The notes under the pieces were generated by a model. That model worked only from the letters and a program-made list of their open reading frames with translations, was not told the origin of the DNA and did not search any database. The position numbers were made by a program, and so were the translations under genes. Positions 1-8,088 of a DNA stretch of 64,000 nt are shown here, one piece after another. The stretch comes from Candidatus Adlerbacteria bacterium (lineage in GTDB: Bacteria; Patescibacteriota; Minisyncoccia; Phycocordibacterales; SBAW01): NCBI GenBank assembly GCA_029288895.1, contig JARIGK010000004.1, positions 77,621 through 141,620 on the forward strand, written 5' to 3'. Every line of letters begins with the position of its first letter. The first letter of the stretch is position 1.

Positions 1-98
1 CATACGCAGAATATTCAATCGCTGGCAATTATTATGCAGGACTTCTCCTCAGTAGCCGTATAACTACTGACCAAACGCCTGAAGCGATTGCCACCTTA

Positions 99-587
99 AT
101 GCAAAAATATGTTGCAGAAGGCGATACGCGTAATGATGCATATTTCTACTCCGCAGATACTATAATTATTGATGGTCTGTACCGTGCTCGAGCTATGGCA
201 TTGAGTAGTCGGATTTTGAAGAATAAGACCCCTTCTGACATTGAGCCGTACTTCAAAGCGGTTCAGACCACCATCGATCAATTCAAAGCTAAAGGTCAGG
301 ATATGAACCTGCCTGCAGTTGAAGCTGCCGTATTGAGATGGAGGTTTGCCTATGCTGATTTCCTACTAACCAATTTCGGAAACACACGAAACTCCTCTAT
401 TGTGACGCTTCTCGCCCCGTTTGGGTCTGCGGACGCCACTTCACCGGAAATAATAGGTCGACTAGAATCAATTGCTCTTATACCAACATTGAGCGCAAAC
501 GATCCGACCGTAGTAAAGGCAAAGAATTTGGCCGCAATCTCGCCTGAATTCAAAGCATTCTTGGTAGCAGAGGGAGTGAAATTCTAA
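99..587 (+). CDS. hypothetical protein (162 aa)
   Basis: Long ORF with ordinary, not low-complexity, composition. No recognisable motifs. Confidence 0.35.
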   Translation: MQKYVAEGDTRNDAYFYSADTIIIDGLYRARAMALSSRILKNKTPSDIEPYFKAVQTTIDQFKAKGQDMNLPAVEAAVLRWRFAYADFLLTNFGNTRNSSIVTLLAPFGSADATSPEIIGRLESIALIPTLSANDPTVVKAKNLAAISPEFKAFLVAEGVKF

Positions 588-616
588 ATAGAATAGATGG
601 ATGGTACAGTTGGGTC

Positions 617-1294
617 ATGTTTGTCGACCAACTAGATACGCTTTTTGGATTTTATAGATCGTTTAAGCAAATCCAGGGTGGTGTTGATGTGGCTCCTCTG
701 CAACAAGAACTTTTTGATGAGGAAGGGAAATTAAAGTTTGCCACGCAGTCGCGTTGGCCTCATCACGAAGCAGGGCATATACAGCTGCGCTCTATGGTGC
801 CGGTGCCGCACGGTTCGAAATTGTATTACGGGACGGTGACGGAAAGTATGGATACCCAGCTCTATCCACACTACCCATGCATCCGTGCGTGGGTCGAAGA
901 ATTTGCCGCAACGCATAATGCTCGCCTCGAACGCGTGCTCATTGCTGCCTTACCTGCACGTGCACGAATACATGCACATGCCGACCGTGGGTTTTACCAC
1001 GCACCGCGCGACCGCTACCACTTGGTATTACAAAGCGATGGAAGTTATATGAAAAGCGCAGGGCAGGATGTCTTTATGAAAGAGGGCGACGTGTGGTGGC
1101 TCAACAACAAAGCGCGCCACGAGTCGTGGAATGATTCTGGCCACGCTCGCATACATCTTATTTTTGACCTCTATCCGAACAGTCTTTGGAAAAGAGTAGC
1201 TAACTATATATATTGGGTCTATCTAGGTCTCCGGCCTAATAGACTAAGCGTATATTACATAAATTGGCCCCGCACAAAACAGACGTCGAGCTAA
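617..1294 (+). CDS. aspartyl/asparaginyl beta-hydroxylase family protein (2OG-Fe(II) oxygenase, LpxO/AspH-like)
   Basis: C-terminal 'RHESWNDSGHARIHLIFDLY' resembles the AspH/LpxO 'HEVWN..R..L.FD' iron-binding core, and there is an upstream His-rich stretch (HAHADRGFYHAP). Abuts the next gene convergently. Confidence 0.55.
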   Translation: MFVDQLDTLFGFYRSFKQIQGGVDVAPLQQELFDEEGKLKFATQSRWPHHEAGHIQLRSMVPVPHGSKLYYGTVTESMDTQLYPHYPCIRAWVEEFAATHNARLERVLIAALPARARIHAHADRGFYHAPRDRYHLVLQSDGSYMKSAGQDVFMKEGDVWWLNNKARHESWNDSGHARIHLIFDLYPNSLWKRVANYIYWVYLGLRPNRLSVYYINWPRTKQTSS

Positions 1295-2692
1295 CTAAAG
1301 AATCTTTTTCCCGGGGCGCAGAGGGATGAACTCGATAGCCGGTGCCACATAGTCAAGAATCCATTGGAATTCATTTTCTATTGCTTCGGCAGTGTGCGCA
1401 TATTCAATGGCGCTGTCCCATATGGAGAAGTTGTCCATACCAATGAGTCCGACGCGTTTGGTGCCCATCATGACCGCTATACGGGCCGCCTGAGCAGGGG
1501 AAAGCGATGAATGCTCCCAAATACTACGATCCATACCTTCGCCCGAGCGCGAAAGATGGTTTGCTGCAGAAATAAAGAGCATGTCCGGGTTCATACCCTG
1601 GACAACATCCCACATCGGATGAAGGTTCAAAAGGTTTTTATCAGTATTGGCACACGCATCGGTGATGTGTACAAAATGATGTTCTGGAGTTTTTACCTCA
1701 AACCCAAGGTGGCCTCGTTGGGGATTGGTAAAAGCACGGATGGTGAGATCGGGGAATGAATATTCGCGGGCTTCGTTACTTGCCTCAAATGTTATTTTTT
1801 CGTACAGATCTCCCAGTGCTGCTCGCAACCATGCATGATCATCTTCGGAGAGTGCAGGGCAGATAACTCGGATTGGTTTCAATCCGGCAAATTTGCGTAT
1901 CGAGCCAAGCGGCGCATGATGGGTATGGAAGTGCGAAAGAAGAATAATGTCTGGTGTTAAATCGATCCCTTTAAACACGGGTCGAGGAATCAAAAAATCT
2001 ATCGTACGCTGGAATGGCTGCAAGCCGCGCAGTACGGGGTTTTGGAACGTAGAAGAGTAAAGCCATGGGTCGACAACAAGCGAGCCATGTTCCGATTTGA
2101 GCCATACGCCTGCATGGCCAATAAAACGCAAACCAGGAGAAAATTCTTCCGTTGGATGAGTGCCTCGGTCAAGCTTTTTTAGAACATCCTGTGCTGCAGG
2201 GGATAGAAGTTGCATATACGGAACGTAGTGGTTTATTTCGAGCATCGTATCCTCATACATGGTGCCTGAAAGATGGTCTAGCGCGTTTGCAAGGAGCATA
2301 TGCAATAAACCGGACATTTCTTCCTGTGTCAGCACGATGGGGGCGTGGGTATCTTTATGGAGAGCTGTATATTCCCCCGGATTTGTTTTTGATGAAAAAG
2401 ATACCCGATCAATGACGGAAAATAGAGAAACTAAATGCAGTGCCTCGTCGCCGATAAGAAGCTGAACATGCTCCAAATCGTTTTTGTCTAGAATTTTTTC
2501 TGTAAAGTGTGACGTCCCGAATGCAGAATGGAAGAGCCCAGCTAACTGCACTGTTTCCGGCACTCTCCATGATGCAAGCGTTTCCTCTACTCGAGACAGG
2601 TGGTCAAAGAGAGTTCCGCCGCGCACATGCCGTATTTTATTAGCACCTTTGGAGTTTAAAAACGCTTTGGCAGTGAGGGTGGTAAGCGACAT
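1295..2692 (-). CDS. fusion protein: HD-like N-terminal domain + MBL-fold metallo-hydrolase
   Basis: 465 aa. The middle region 'DIILLSHFHTHHAPLG' is an HxHxDH-like metallo-beta-lactamase motif embedded in an 'AGVWL..SLVVDPW' Lactamase_B_3-like context. The N-terminal ~180 aa are helical and HD-like. Confidence 0.5.
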   Translation of the reverse strand: MSLTTLTAKAFLNSKGANKIRHVRGGTLFDHLSRVEETLASWRVPETVQLAGLFHSAFGTSHFTEKILDKNDLEHVQLLIGDEALHLVSLFSVIDRVSFSSKTNPGEYTALHKDTHAPIVLTQEEMSGLLHMLLANALDHLSGTMYEDTMLEINHYVPYMQLLSPAAQDVLKKLDRGTHPTEEFSPGLRFIGHAGVWLKSEHGSLVVDPWLYSSTFQNPVLRGLQPFQRTIDFLIPRPVFKGIDLTPDIILLSHFHTHHAPLGSIRKFAGLKPIRVICPALSEDDHAWLRAALGDLYEKITFEASNEAREYSFPDLTIRAFTNPQRGHLGFEVKTPEHHFVHITDACANTDKNLLNLHPMWDVVQGMNPDMLFISAANHLSRSGEGMDRSIWEHSSLSPAQAARIAVMMGTKRVGLIGMDNFSIWDSAIEYAHTAEAIENEFQWILDYVAPAIEFIPLRPGKKIL

Positions 2693-2819
2693 ACGCTTAG
2701 TCTACCAAGTGCCTCAGCCAAAAACAAAAACAACCCTTTTCACCCGCCATTTGACATCCGCCCCTATATTCACTAGGTTCTGTACAGAGCAGGGGTCTCT
2801 CACAGGAGGAACAAATCCA

Positions 2820-3275
2820 ATGGCGTATATGAAACGGGCTGCTTTGGCCCTGGTTGCAGCGCTTTCGCTGCTGGTCTGTGCCCACGAGGTATCGGCACAG
2901 GCGAATGCGTCGCTCGAGCAGAAGCTGCTTGGGAAGGCGTGGGTGGGTGCCGTGGATACGCGCCGGGCCAAGTGCACGACATGTCCTCCCAAGGCGGGCA
3001 TGGAAATTGTCTTCAAGAAGACAAGCGCGGGCCTGGTGGCGGACATCTACTACCAGTCTGGTGGTGAAGCGTACGATCGCGCCAACCGCGGAAAGCGCGG
3101 GGCTCCGCACGATGGCGACATCAAGATCGTCTCTCGCCCCAACGGCACCTTCTATGGCGACAACAGATACCACTGGGAATTTGTTTTGTCGCAAGACGGC
3201 ACGCTCGTGTGCAACCGCACGTTTAAGGCGGATAACGATCCCAACAAGCCGTTCAATTTCCGCCCAGCGAGCTGA
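2820..3275 (+). CDS. small secreted protein (signal peptide, Cys-containing)
   Basis: The internal ATG at 2820 is preceded by GGAGGA (2805-2810). The N-terminus 'MAYMKRAALALVAALSLLVCAHEVSAQA' is a classic signal peptide. The upstream part of the long ORF 2484..3275 is unlikely to be coding. Confidence 0.5.
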   Translation: MAYMKRAALALVAALSLLVCAHEVSAQANASLEQKLLGKAWVGAVDTRRAKCTTCPPKAGMEIVFKKTSAGLVADIYYQSGGEAYDRANRGKRGAPHDGDIKIVSRPNGTFYGDNRYHWEFVLSQDGTLVCNRTFKADNDPNKPFNFRPAS

Positions 3276-3285
3276 TGCGAAGTAC

Positions 3286-3322
3286 AAGCCGCCCCTTTCT
3301 CGGGGGCGGCCTTTTCTTTTTA
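3286..3322 (+). terminator. rho-independent terminator (gccgcccc-tttctc-gggggcggc + T-run)
   Basis: Perfect GC stem followed by 'cttttcttttt' immediately after the 2820..3275 stop. Confidence 0.7.
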
Positions 3323-3323
3323 G

Positions 3324-4180
3324 TTAGCTGCGTTTCTTGAGCCGGAATGGGTCGGCGGGGTAGATACCTAAAATTCGTACTTCTTCTGAAAAATACTTCA
3401 AATCGGCAAGCGCATGCTGCATGAGAGGTTCTTCAGGGTGAGCCATGGCTTCCGCGTAAAATTCGGCTGTTTGGAAGTCGCCATTTACGTAGCTTTCAAG
3501 TTTTATAAGGTTAACGCCCGTTGTAGCAAAGCCGCCAAGTGCTTTAAAGAGCGCGCCTGGGGTGTTACGGACCTTAAAAAATAAGCTGGTAATAGTTGGT
3601 TTGCCTTTGTGTGACGCGCGAGGTTGTTTTGCAATCACAATAAAGCGAGTTGTGTTGCCTTTTTGGTCGGCAATATTTTTGGCAAGTATATCCAGGCCGT
3701 AGAGCTTGGCTGCAAGCGGGGAAGCGACCGCTGCTATATGTTTTTCGCCACTTTCTGACAATGCAAGTGCTGCTCCGGCGGTGTCGTCGACCACAACTGG
3801 CTTTATATGATGAGCGCGGAAGTATGCCCGGCACTGTGCGAGTGCGTGCACGTGACTGTGCGCTTCACGAATGTCGGGCAGTTTTGTACCGCGTACGGCT
3901 AGCAAACAGTGCTCGATAGGTTGGAAATGTTCGCCAATAATATGCGTGCCGCTTGTTGGCAAAATGCGATGCACGTCGGCAACGCGACCTGCAATAGAAT
4001 TGTCAATCGGAATAACCGCATATGCTGCTTTGCCATTGCGAACGGCCAAGAAGGCATCTTCAAACATGGCGCACGGGAGAGTTGTGTGGCCAGGGAAGAG
4101 TGCGCGCGCCGCTAAGTCGGAATACGCGCCATGTTCTCCTTGGAAGGCAATCAGGAAAGTCTTTTCTGCCTTTGTAGACA
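3324..4180 (-). CDS. pheA: prephenate dehydratase (PDT + ACT domains)
   Basis: 'TFLIAFQGEHGAYSDLAA...' is a PDT domain and the C-terminal ACT domain contains 'FKVRNTPGALFKALGGFA'. Start chosen at Met 4180 (MSTKAEK); the ORF track extends to 4253 through unlikely N-terminal residues. Confidence 0.85.
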
Positions 4181-4237
4181 TAAAGTACATCAATGGTACG
4201 TGAGTATATGTGTATTTGAAATAGGCCAAATGTGAAA

Positions 4238-4268
4238 ACAAAAAACACCCCATAAGGGGTGTTTTTGC
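4238..4268. terminator. bidirectional terminator (aaaaaacacccc-ataa-ggggtgttttt)
   Basis: Stem-loop flanked by an A-run and a T-run, between pheA (-) and hup (-). Confidence 0.6.
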
Positions 4269-4286
4269 CTAAGCGTATGGGAAATA

Positions 4287-4559
4287 CTACTTAACTGCTT
4301 CTTTCAAAGCTTTTGCCGGCTGGAATTTCGGCACGCGCATCGAAGGGACCTGGACGGTCTCGCCGGTGCGAGGGTTGCGAGCAGTGCGAGCTGCGCGCAT
4401 TTTGACCTTAAAGATACCAAGGCCTGCGATAGAGACGTCATCGTTCTTCTTGAGACCAGAGACGATGGAGTCGATCATCGCTTCGACAGCGCGTTCTGCG
4501 TCGGCTTTAGTGCCGCCGAGAACTCCCTGTACTTTTTCTGCAATATCCTGCTTGTTCAT
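4287..4559 (-). CDS. hup: HU family DNA-binding protein
   Basis: 90 aa. 'MNKQDIAEKV...GLGIFKVKMRAARTARNPRTGE' is a canonical HU/IHF fold including the arm 'RNPRTGE'. Confidence 0.92.
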   Translation of the reverse strand: MNKQDIAEKVQGVLGGTKADAERAVEAMIDSIVSGLKKNDDVSIAGLGIFKVKMRAARTARNPRTGETVQVPSMRVPKFQPAKALKEAVK

Positions 4560-4689
4560 AGCTATAAACTAACGAGTAAAAAGGTGTTTGCCCTGCGCCC
4601 CTAGTATAGCTGGTGCAAAAAACCGCGCAACAGAGCCACGGGGATAGAAAAAATTGACAAATAGTATTTTTATTTCAAAAAAGTGCAAT

Positions 4690-4730
4690 AAAAAAGCCCC
4701 CGCACATGTTGCGGGGGCTTACTTTTTGGC
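4690..4730. terminator. terminator hairpin (gcccccgcaa-catg-ttgcgggggc + TT)
   Basis: 10-bp GC stem with a T-run, downstream of the minus-strand gene 4741..5262. Confidence 0.6.
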
Positions 4731-4740
4731 AAGAATTGCC

Positions 4741-5262
4741 CTACGCGGCCATCGGAAGTCCCAGCCGAACCGAGGATTTCTCGAGCCACGACCCAACCAC
4801 GTTATTGATCAGGAACTCCAAGGTCGCACATTCTGCGTCGATCACCCTCGAGCCTTCGTTGGGGTAGTCGAAGATGGCAACGCCGGGGTAGTGTTGGTAG
4901 TTGGGCGCCTCGTCTTTCCCTCCCCAGAACACTTGCGACATCATAATGCACATGGCGCGCATCGTGGGGGAGCTCTTGTGGAGCGAAAAACCGCCTTCCC
5001 GGACAATCGACAGAGCCTGGTAGGGCTTATGAGGATGGCTCCCGAGTTCAGCGAGATTGTTCATCCGGCAGGAGTATTCCATCCCATCCAAACGGCTCAT
5101 AGACGGTGGCTGGAGTGGGATAGCCCTCTTCTTTACTTCCTCGAGATGGAAGTCCTCGGGGAGATACAGGTGCTTCTCCAGTGCTTTGGTGATGTGGAAT
5201 TTGACCACACGGGGGTTAAACCCGCCCGTGTTGTAAAAGATATGAATCTTGTTCGACAACAA
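4741..5262 (-). CDS. hypothetical protein (173 aa)
   Basis: ORF with a strong AAGGAGG upstream on the minus strand (5266-5272). TTG/ATT start ambiguity. A terminator lies immediately downstream. The overlapping + ORF 4654..5397 runs through the terminator and is rejected. Confidence 0.45.
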   Translation of the reverse strand: MLSNKIHIFYNTGGFNPRVVKFHITKALEKHLYLPEDFHLEEVKKRAIPLQPPSMSRLDGMEYSCRMNNLAELGSHPHKPYQALSIVREGGFSLHKSSPTMRAMCIMMSQVFWGGKDEAPNYQHYPGVAIFDYPNEGSRVIDAECATLEFLINNVVGSWLEKSSVRLGLPMAA

Positions 5263-5439
5263 TGCCTCCTTACGTGGCGAACTGCCGAAGCGACTCTAGC
5301 AAAGATGAGGTATATACGCAAAACGTCCGCCATCCCTGGCCAGCCAAAGGCCAACCATATGGGACAGAGGACGTCTGCGCGAACGAATCCACACTAATTA
5401 TACACAAAAGCGTGAACAAGTCATGAAGTAGAAAACTTT

Positions 5440-6186
5440 TTACGATTTATTCCACACCATCTCAAAAATTTCTCGCACAGTTTTTGCAACATCAGCGTTT
5501 TCTATCGCAACACCTTGGAGATTTTTATAATCTTGGATGCGTACCACATCGCCCACGACATCAATTGCCACTTCTGATGAGTATTGTTCGTAGGGAACTG
5601 TCTTTACTGTGCGGTTTATGCCTGCGTCCATGTCGCGGTAGTCCTTTAGCGAGTCATGCGCGGGGGCAATAACGCGTTGCTGTATATTGTTTTTCTTGAT
5701 AGACGCCACCCATTCGTTTTTGAAATAGCGAACGAGTTCTGGGTCGGCATTCATATCTGTCGCATAAAACCCAACCAATTCTTTGCCGGCCCCGTCCTTT
5801 AAGCCATATTCGAGCAGCTGCTTTACACCCTCGATGCCTTCGTAATAGAGAGTACTTACTTTTGTTGGCTCGCCGCGGGTAAGCGCAAGCAGTTCGGGTA
5901 GCTTTTCTTTTGCACGGGCAAACTTATCTTCGGCAGATGCAAAGACATCCTGTGGCGAGTGGGGGATATACAACTGTTTTTTAACGCGCGGGACGCGTGA
6001 AGCCAATCCTTTCTCTATAAGCTCGTCCAAAATCACGTAGGTAGTTGGCTTCTTGAGCCCGCTTTTGAGCGCAATCGAATATGCCGAGCCGCGCCCGAGC
6101 TGTAGCAGCGCCAAATACACTGCCGTCTGCTTATCTGTGAGCCCAATAGTCTGCAATGCCTCAGTTAATTTCACATCTATAAGCAT
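5440..6186 (-). CDS. TrmB family transcriptional regulator
   Basis: N-terminal wHTH 'LTDKQTAVYLALLQLGRGSAYSIALKSGLKKPTTYVILDELIEKGL' is typical of TrmB, with a C-terminal TrmB-like sensor domain. ATG at 6186 is preferred over the TTG at 6210. Confidence 0.7.
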   Translation of the reverse strand: MLIDVKLTEALQTIGLTDKQTAVYLALLQLGRGSAYSIALKSGLKKPTTYVILDELIEKGLASRVPRVKKQLYIPHSPQDVFASAEDKFARAKEKLPELLALTRGEPTKVSTLYYEGIEGVKQLLEYGLKDGAGKELVGFYATDMNADPELVRYFKNEWVASIKKNNIQQRVIAPAHDSLKDYRDMDAGINRTVKTVPYEQYSSEVAIDVVGDVVRIQDYKNLQGVAIENADVAKTVREIFEMVWNKS

Positions 6187-6290
6187 AAACCTATAGCTAT
6201 TTTTAGTCAATATTTTTGATGAATTTTGCCTATTTATCTAAAATACGTTGGAATATAGAGCCGTTTTAGATATTTTTATAGCCCTTTAAA

Positions 6291-6318
6291 TTGACTTTTC
6301 TCCCAAAACTGGCATAAT
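6291..6318 (+). promoter_or_regulatory. sigma70-type promoter TTGACT-N16/17-cATAATg
   Basis: TTGACT (6291-6296) and CATAAT/ATAATG (6313-6318) in an AT-rich intergenic region, followed by AGGAGA (6349-6354) and ATG 6360. Confidence 0.55.
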
Positions 6319-6359
6319 GTATGCAGTTCAACAGTTCATCGAAACATAGGAGATACTCA

Positions 6360-6632
6360 ATGCTCTACATTTGCTGGTACGAGAAAAGTGTTGTTGAGGA
6401 AGTTAAGGAAAAGCCTGCTGAAGCTACGGGACCGGTAAAAGTTGGCGGCCTCACGAGGTGGCCAGAACGGGGTGGTTATGCCGAACACCCAATTCCTAAA
6501 CAGGAGGAATTTGCTTCCTTCGAGGAGGCAGTGGCTTACTTTAAGTCATGGGAAAAGGAGAGGGAGAATTGGAACCGTTCAATCCAAGTCCTTCTAGTCC
6601 CAGCTGACTTCAAGTTTCCTCCGTGGTGGTAG
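6360..6632 (+). CDS. hypothetical small protein (90 aa), first ORF of the 6.2-8.1 kb small-ORF islet
   Basis: AGGAGA 6 nt upstream of ATG 6360. The ORF track's longer version (6321) lacks an RBS. Confidence 0.45.
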   Translation: MLYICWYEKSVVEEVKEKPAEATGPVKVGGLTRWPERGGYAEHPIPKQEEFASFEEAVAYFKSWEKERENWNRSIQVLLVPADFKFPPWW

Positions 6633-6718
6633 CCCTTAGCTGAACGGGATGTCTTTAGAGAATTTTACGACGGAGCTAACATGATCTTCTCGTAAAAACC
6701 TACTACATCTCAAAATTT

Positions 6719-6800
6719 AGGAGGTCGAAATTCGTCGACCTCCTCTCTATTGAGTCTTTGAAGAAGTTCGAAGACTCATCGAGAACAGATCTTTAACACA
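6719..6800 (+). repeat. intergenic module copy 1: stem-loop (aggaggtcga/tcgacctcct) + TCTCTATTGAG + semi-conserved ~45 nt ending AGATCTTTAACA
   Basis: Perfect 10-bp hairpin 6719-6744. The 11-mer at 6744-6754 is identical in all three copies. 'ctcatcgagaacagatcttta' matches copy 2. Confidence 0.6.
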
Positions 6801-6822
6801 CCGCCCGAGCGCGGAGCAATAG

Positions 6823-7230
6823 ATGGAGATACAGATGTTCGAAGTTGGAAGCAAGTCTTTCGTCGAGTTCGTCAACGAGCTCAAGGCCGAATATGTTGCT
6901 CGCAAGGCAGCCTATGACGCAACCCCGGAATACAAAAGGTTTGATTGGGATGATAACTATATCGAACCCCCAATCGACCCGAGTACTCTTCCGGAGGAAA
7001 CTCTGAAAGAGAGATACGAGTCTGTGCGCAGCTTTGAAGCCAGTAGGGCCAGAAGCGATGCAGTTCGTGCGGAGCGTGAATTTATCCGCAAAACCTGCTT
7101 CCCGCTTCCAGATTACTGGGAGCACAACTCTTCCTCAGGGAAGAAAAGCGTAACTGTCATGATAGATGGGAGAACGAAAGGGCGAGAAGGCCCCACCACC
7201 TACATGCTCCAAATTGCGCCGCGCACATAG
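6823..7230 (+). CDS. hypothetical protein (135 aa)
   Basis: ORF between module copies 1 and 2. Weak GGAG upstream. Acidic/helical composition. Confidence 0.45.
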   Translation: MEIQMFEVGSKSFVEFVNELKAEYVARKAAYDATPEYKRFDWDDNYIEPPIDPSTLPEETLKERYESVRSFEASRARSDAVRAEREFIRKTCFPLPDYWEHNSSSGKKSVTVMIDGRTKGREGPTTYMLQIAPRT

Positions 7231-7245
7231 GAGGACGTGCGAATA

Positions 7246-7320
7246 GGAGAAGCCCCAGCTTCTCCTCTCTATTGAGAACTTGAATAGTCGAGTTCTCATT
7301 GAGACTAGATCTTTACATAC
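7246..7320 (+). repeat. intergenic module copy 2: stem-loop (ggagaagc/gcttctcc) + TCTCTATTGAG + ...CTCATTGAGACTAGATCTTTACAT
   Basis: Hairpin 7246-7265 with compensatory stem changes relative to copy 1. 11-mer at 7266-7276. Confidence 0.6.
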
Positions 7321-7329
7321 GAGGCAACA

Positions 7330-7590
7330 ATGCACGTCAATCGCGTAACAATTGAAAGCTTGGAGGGCGTAAGCTCTATCTACAAGCAGCGCCTTATTGC
7401 TGCCGACATTCCTCACGTCAGGCGACTGATTGGATGGTGGGGTTCGGAACATCTGTGCGAGGTGCTTGGAAACAAGCATAAGCAGGCATGTTTCCAACTC
7501 GAGCACGCGCTGAAAAAGCTCGGCTATGAGTTTTGGTTCGAGCCGCATTTGCGCAAAATCGAAAAAGTAGAAGTTGTTACGGGAACGTAA
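7330..7590 (+). CDS. hypothetical protein (86 aa)
   Basis: ORF following module copy 2. No similarity to its neighbours. Confidence 0.45.
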   Translation: MHVNRVTIESLEGVSSIYKQRLIAADIPHVRRLIGWWGSEHLCEVLGNKHKQACFQLEHALKKLGYEFWFEPHLRKIEKVEVVTGT

Positions 7591-7674
7591 CAGCCAACTA
7601 CTAAACGCTGCAACTTCGAGGGTAGCGCCTCGATAGATAGAGAGAAGTCCTTCTCTGTCGAACCTAAAGGCACT

Positions 7675-7745
7675 GGGCGAGTCCACATGGCTCGCCCTCT
7701 CTATTGAGTTCGCGAAATAGTTCGTGAGTTCATTGAGAAGGAGTA
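7675..7745 (+). repeat. intergenic module copy 3: stem-loop (gggcgag/ctcgccc) + TCTCTATTGAG + ...TTCATTGAGAAGGAG
   Basis: Hairpin 7675-7697, 11-mer at 7698-7708. There is an additional small hairpin agagaag/cttctct at 7641-7656. Confidence 0.55.
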
Positions 7746-7751
7746 GCAAGG

Positions 7752-8033
7752 ATGGTTTGTAGAAAGTTTGAAGTGTATAAGGAGTTCACACTTGTGATTC
7801 CGGACGCTTCGCCTGGCGAAGAACTGATAGATTGCTACTATGTTCTTGCTAAAAAGCTCTATCATTTTCCAATCGGAAAAGATTACACATCAACGAGTAT
7901 CAGAGAAAATGATGATGTGTATGTCACAATTAAGAAAGGAGAATTGTTAATAAGCACTGGAGAGATAAGCTGGGTTGCGCTTGCAGAGCTGTGCAATTTA
8001 AGAAGGATGGAATGGCTCAACGACGACGAGTGA
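7752..8033 (+). CDS. hypothetical protein (93 aa)
   Basis: ORF after module copy 3, followed by a strong terminator. Confidence 0.45.
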   Translation: MVCRKFEVYKEFTLVIPDASPGEELIDCYYVLAKKLYHFPIGKDYTSTSIRENDDVYVTIKKGELLISTGEISWVALAELCNLRRMEWLNDDE

Positions 8034-8039
8034 TAATAC

Positions 8040-8078
8040 AAAACCGCCTCGCAACAACCGAGGCGGTTTCTTTTTTTA
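8040..8078. terminator. rho-independent terminator (aaaaccgcctcg-caacaa-ccgaggcggttt + T9)
   Basis: Long GC stem plus 'ctttttttat'. Bidirectional, sitting between the islet and rny. Confidence 0.8.
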
Positions 8079-8088
8079 TGTAATCTTA

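Noticed and set aside
2697-3287. 196-aa ORF on the minus strand antisense to the signal-peptide protein gene
   Set aside because: Arg/Ala-rich shadow ORF typical of GC-rich antisense frames. It runs through the RBS and terminator of the + strand gene and has no RBS of its own.
4654-5397. 247-aa + strand ORF overlapping the minus-strand 173-aa gene
   Set aside because: It reads straight through a perfect terminator hairpin (4695-4722) and has no RBS. The minus-strand ORF has AAGGAGG and a downstream terminator, so I kept that one.
6719-7745. Interpretation of the three hairpin+TCTCTATTGAG modules as integron attC sites
   Set aside because: attC sites are imperfect, bulged hairpins with conserved RYYYAAC/GTTRRRY ends and little sequence conservation. 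These are perfect short stems with a long conserved linear motif and no GTTRRRY core. No integrase gene is nearby. I report them only as a repeated cassette-boundary or regulatory module of unknown type.
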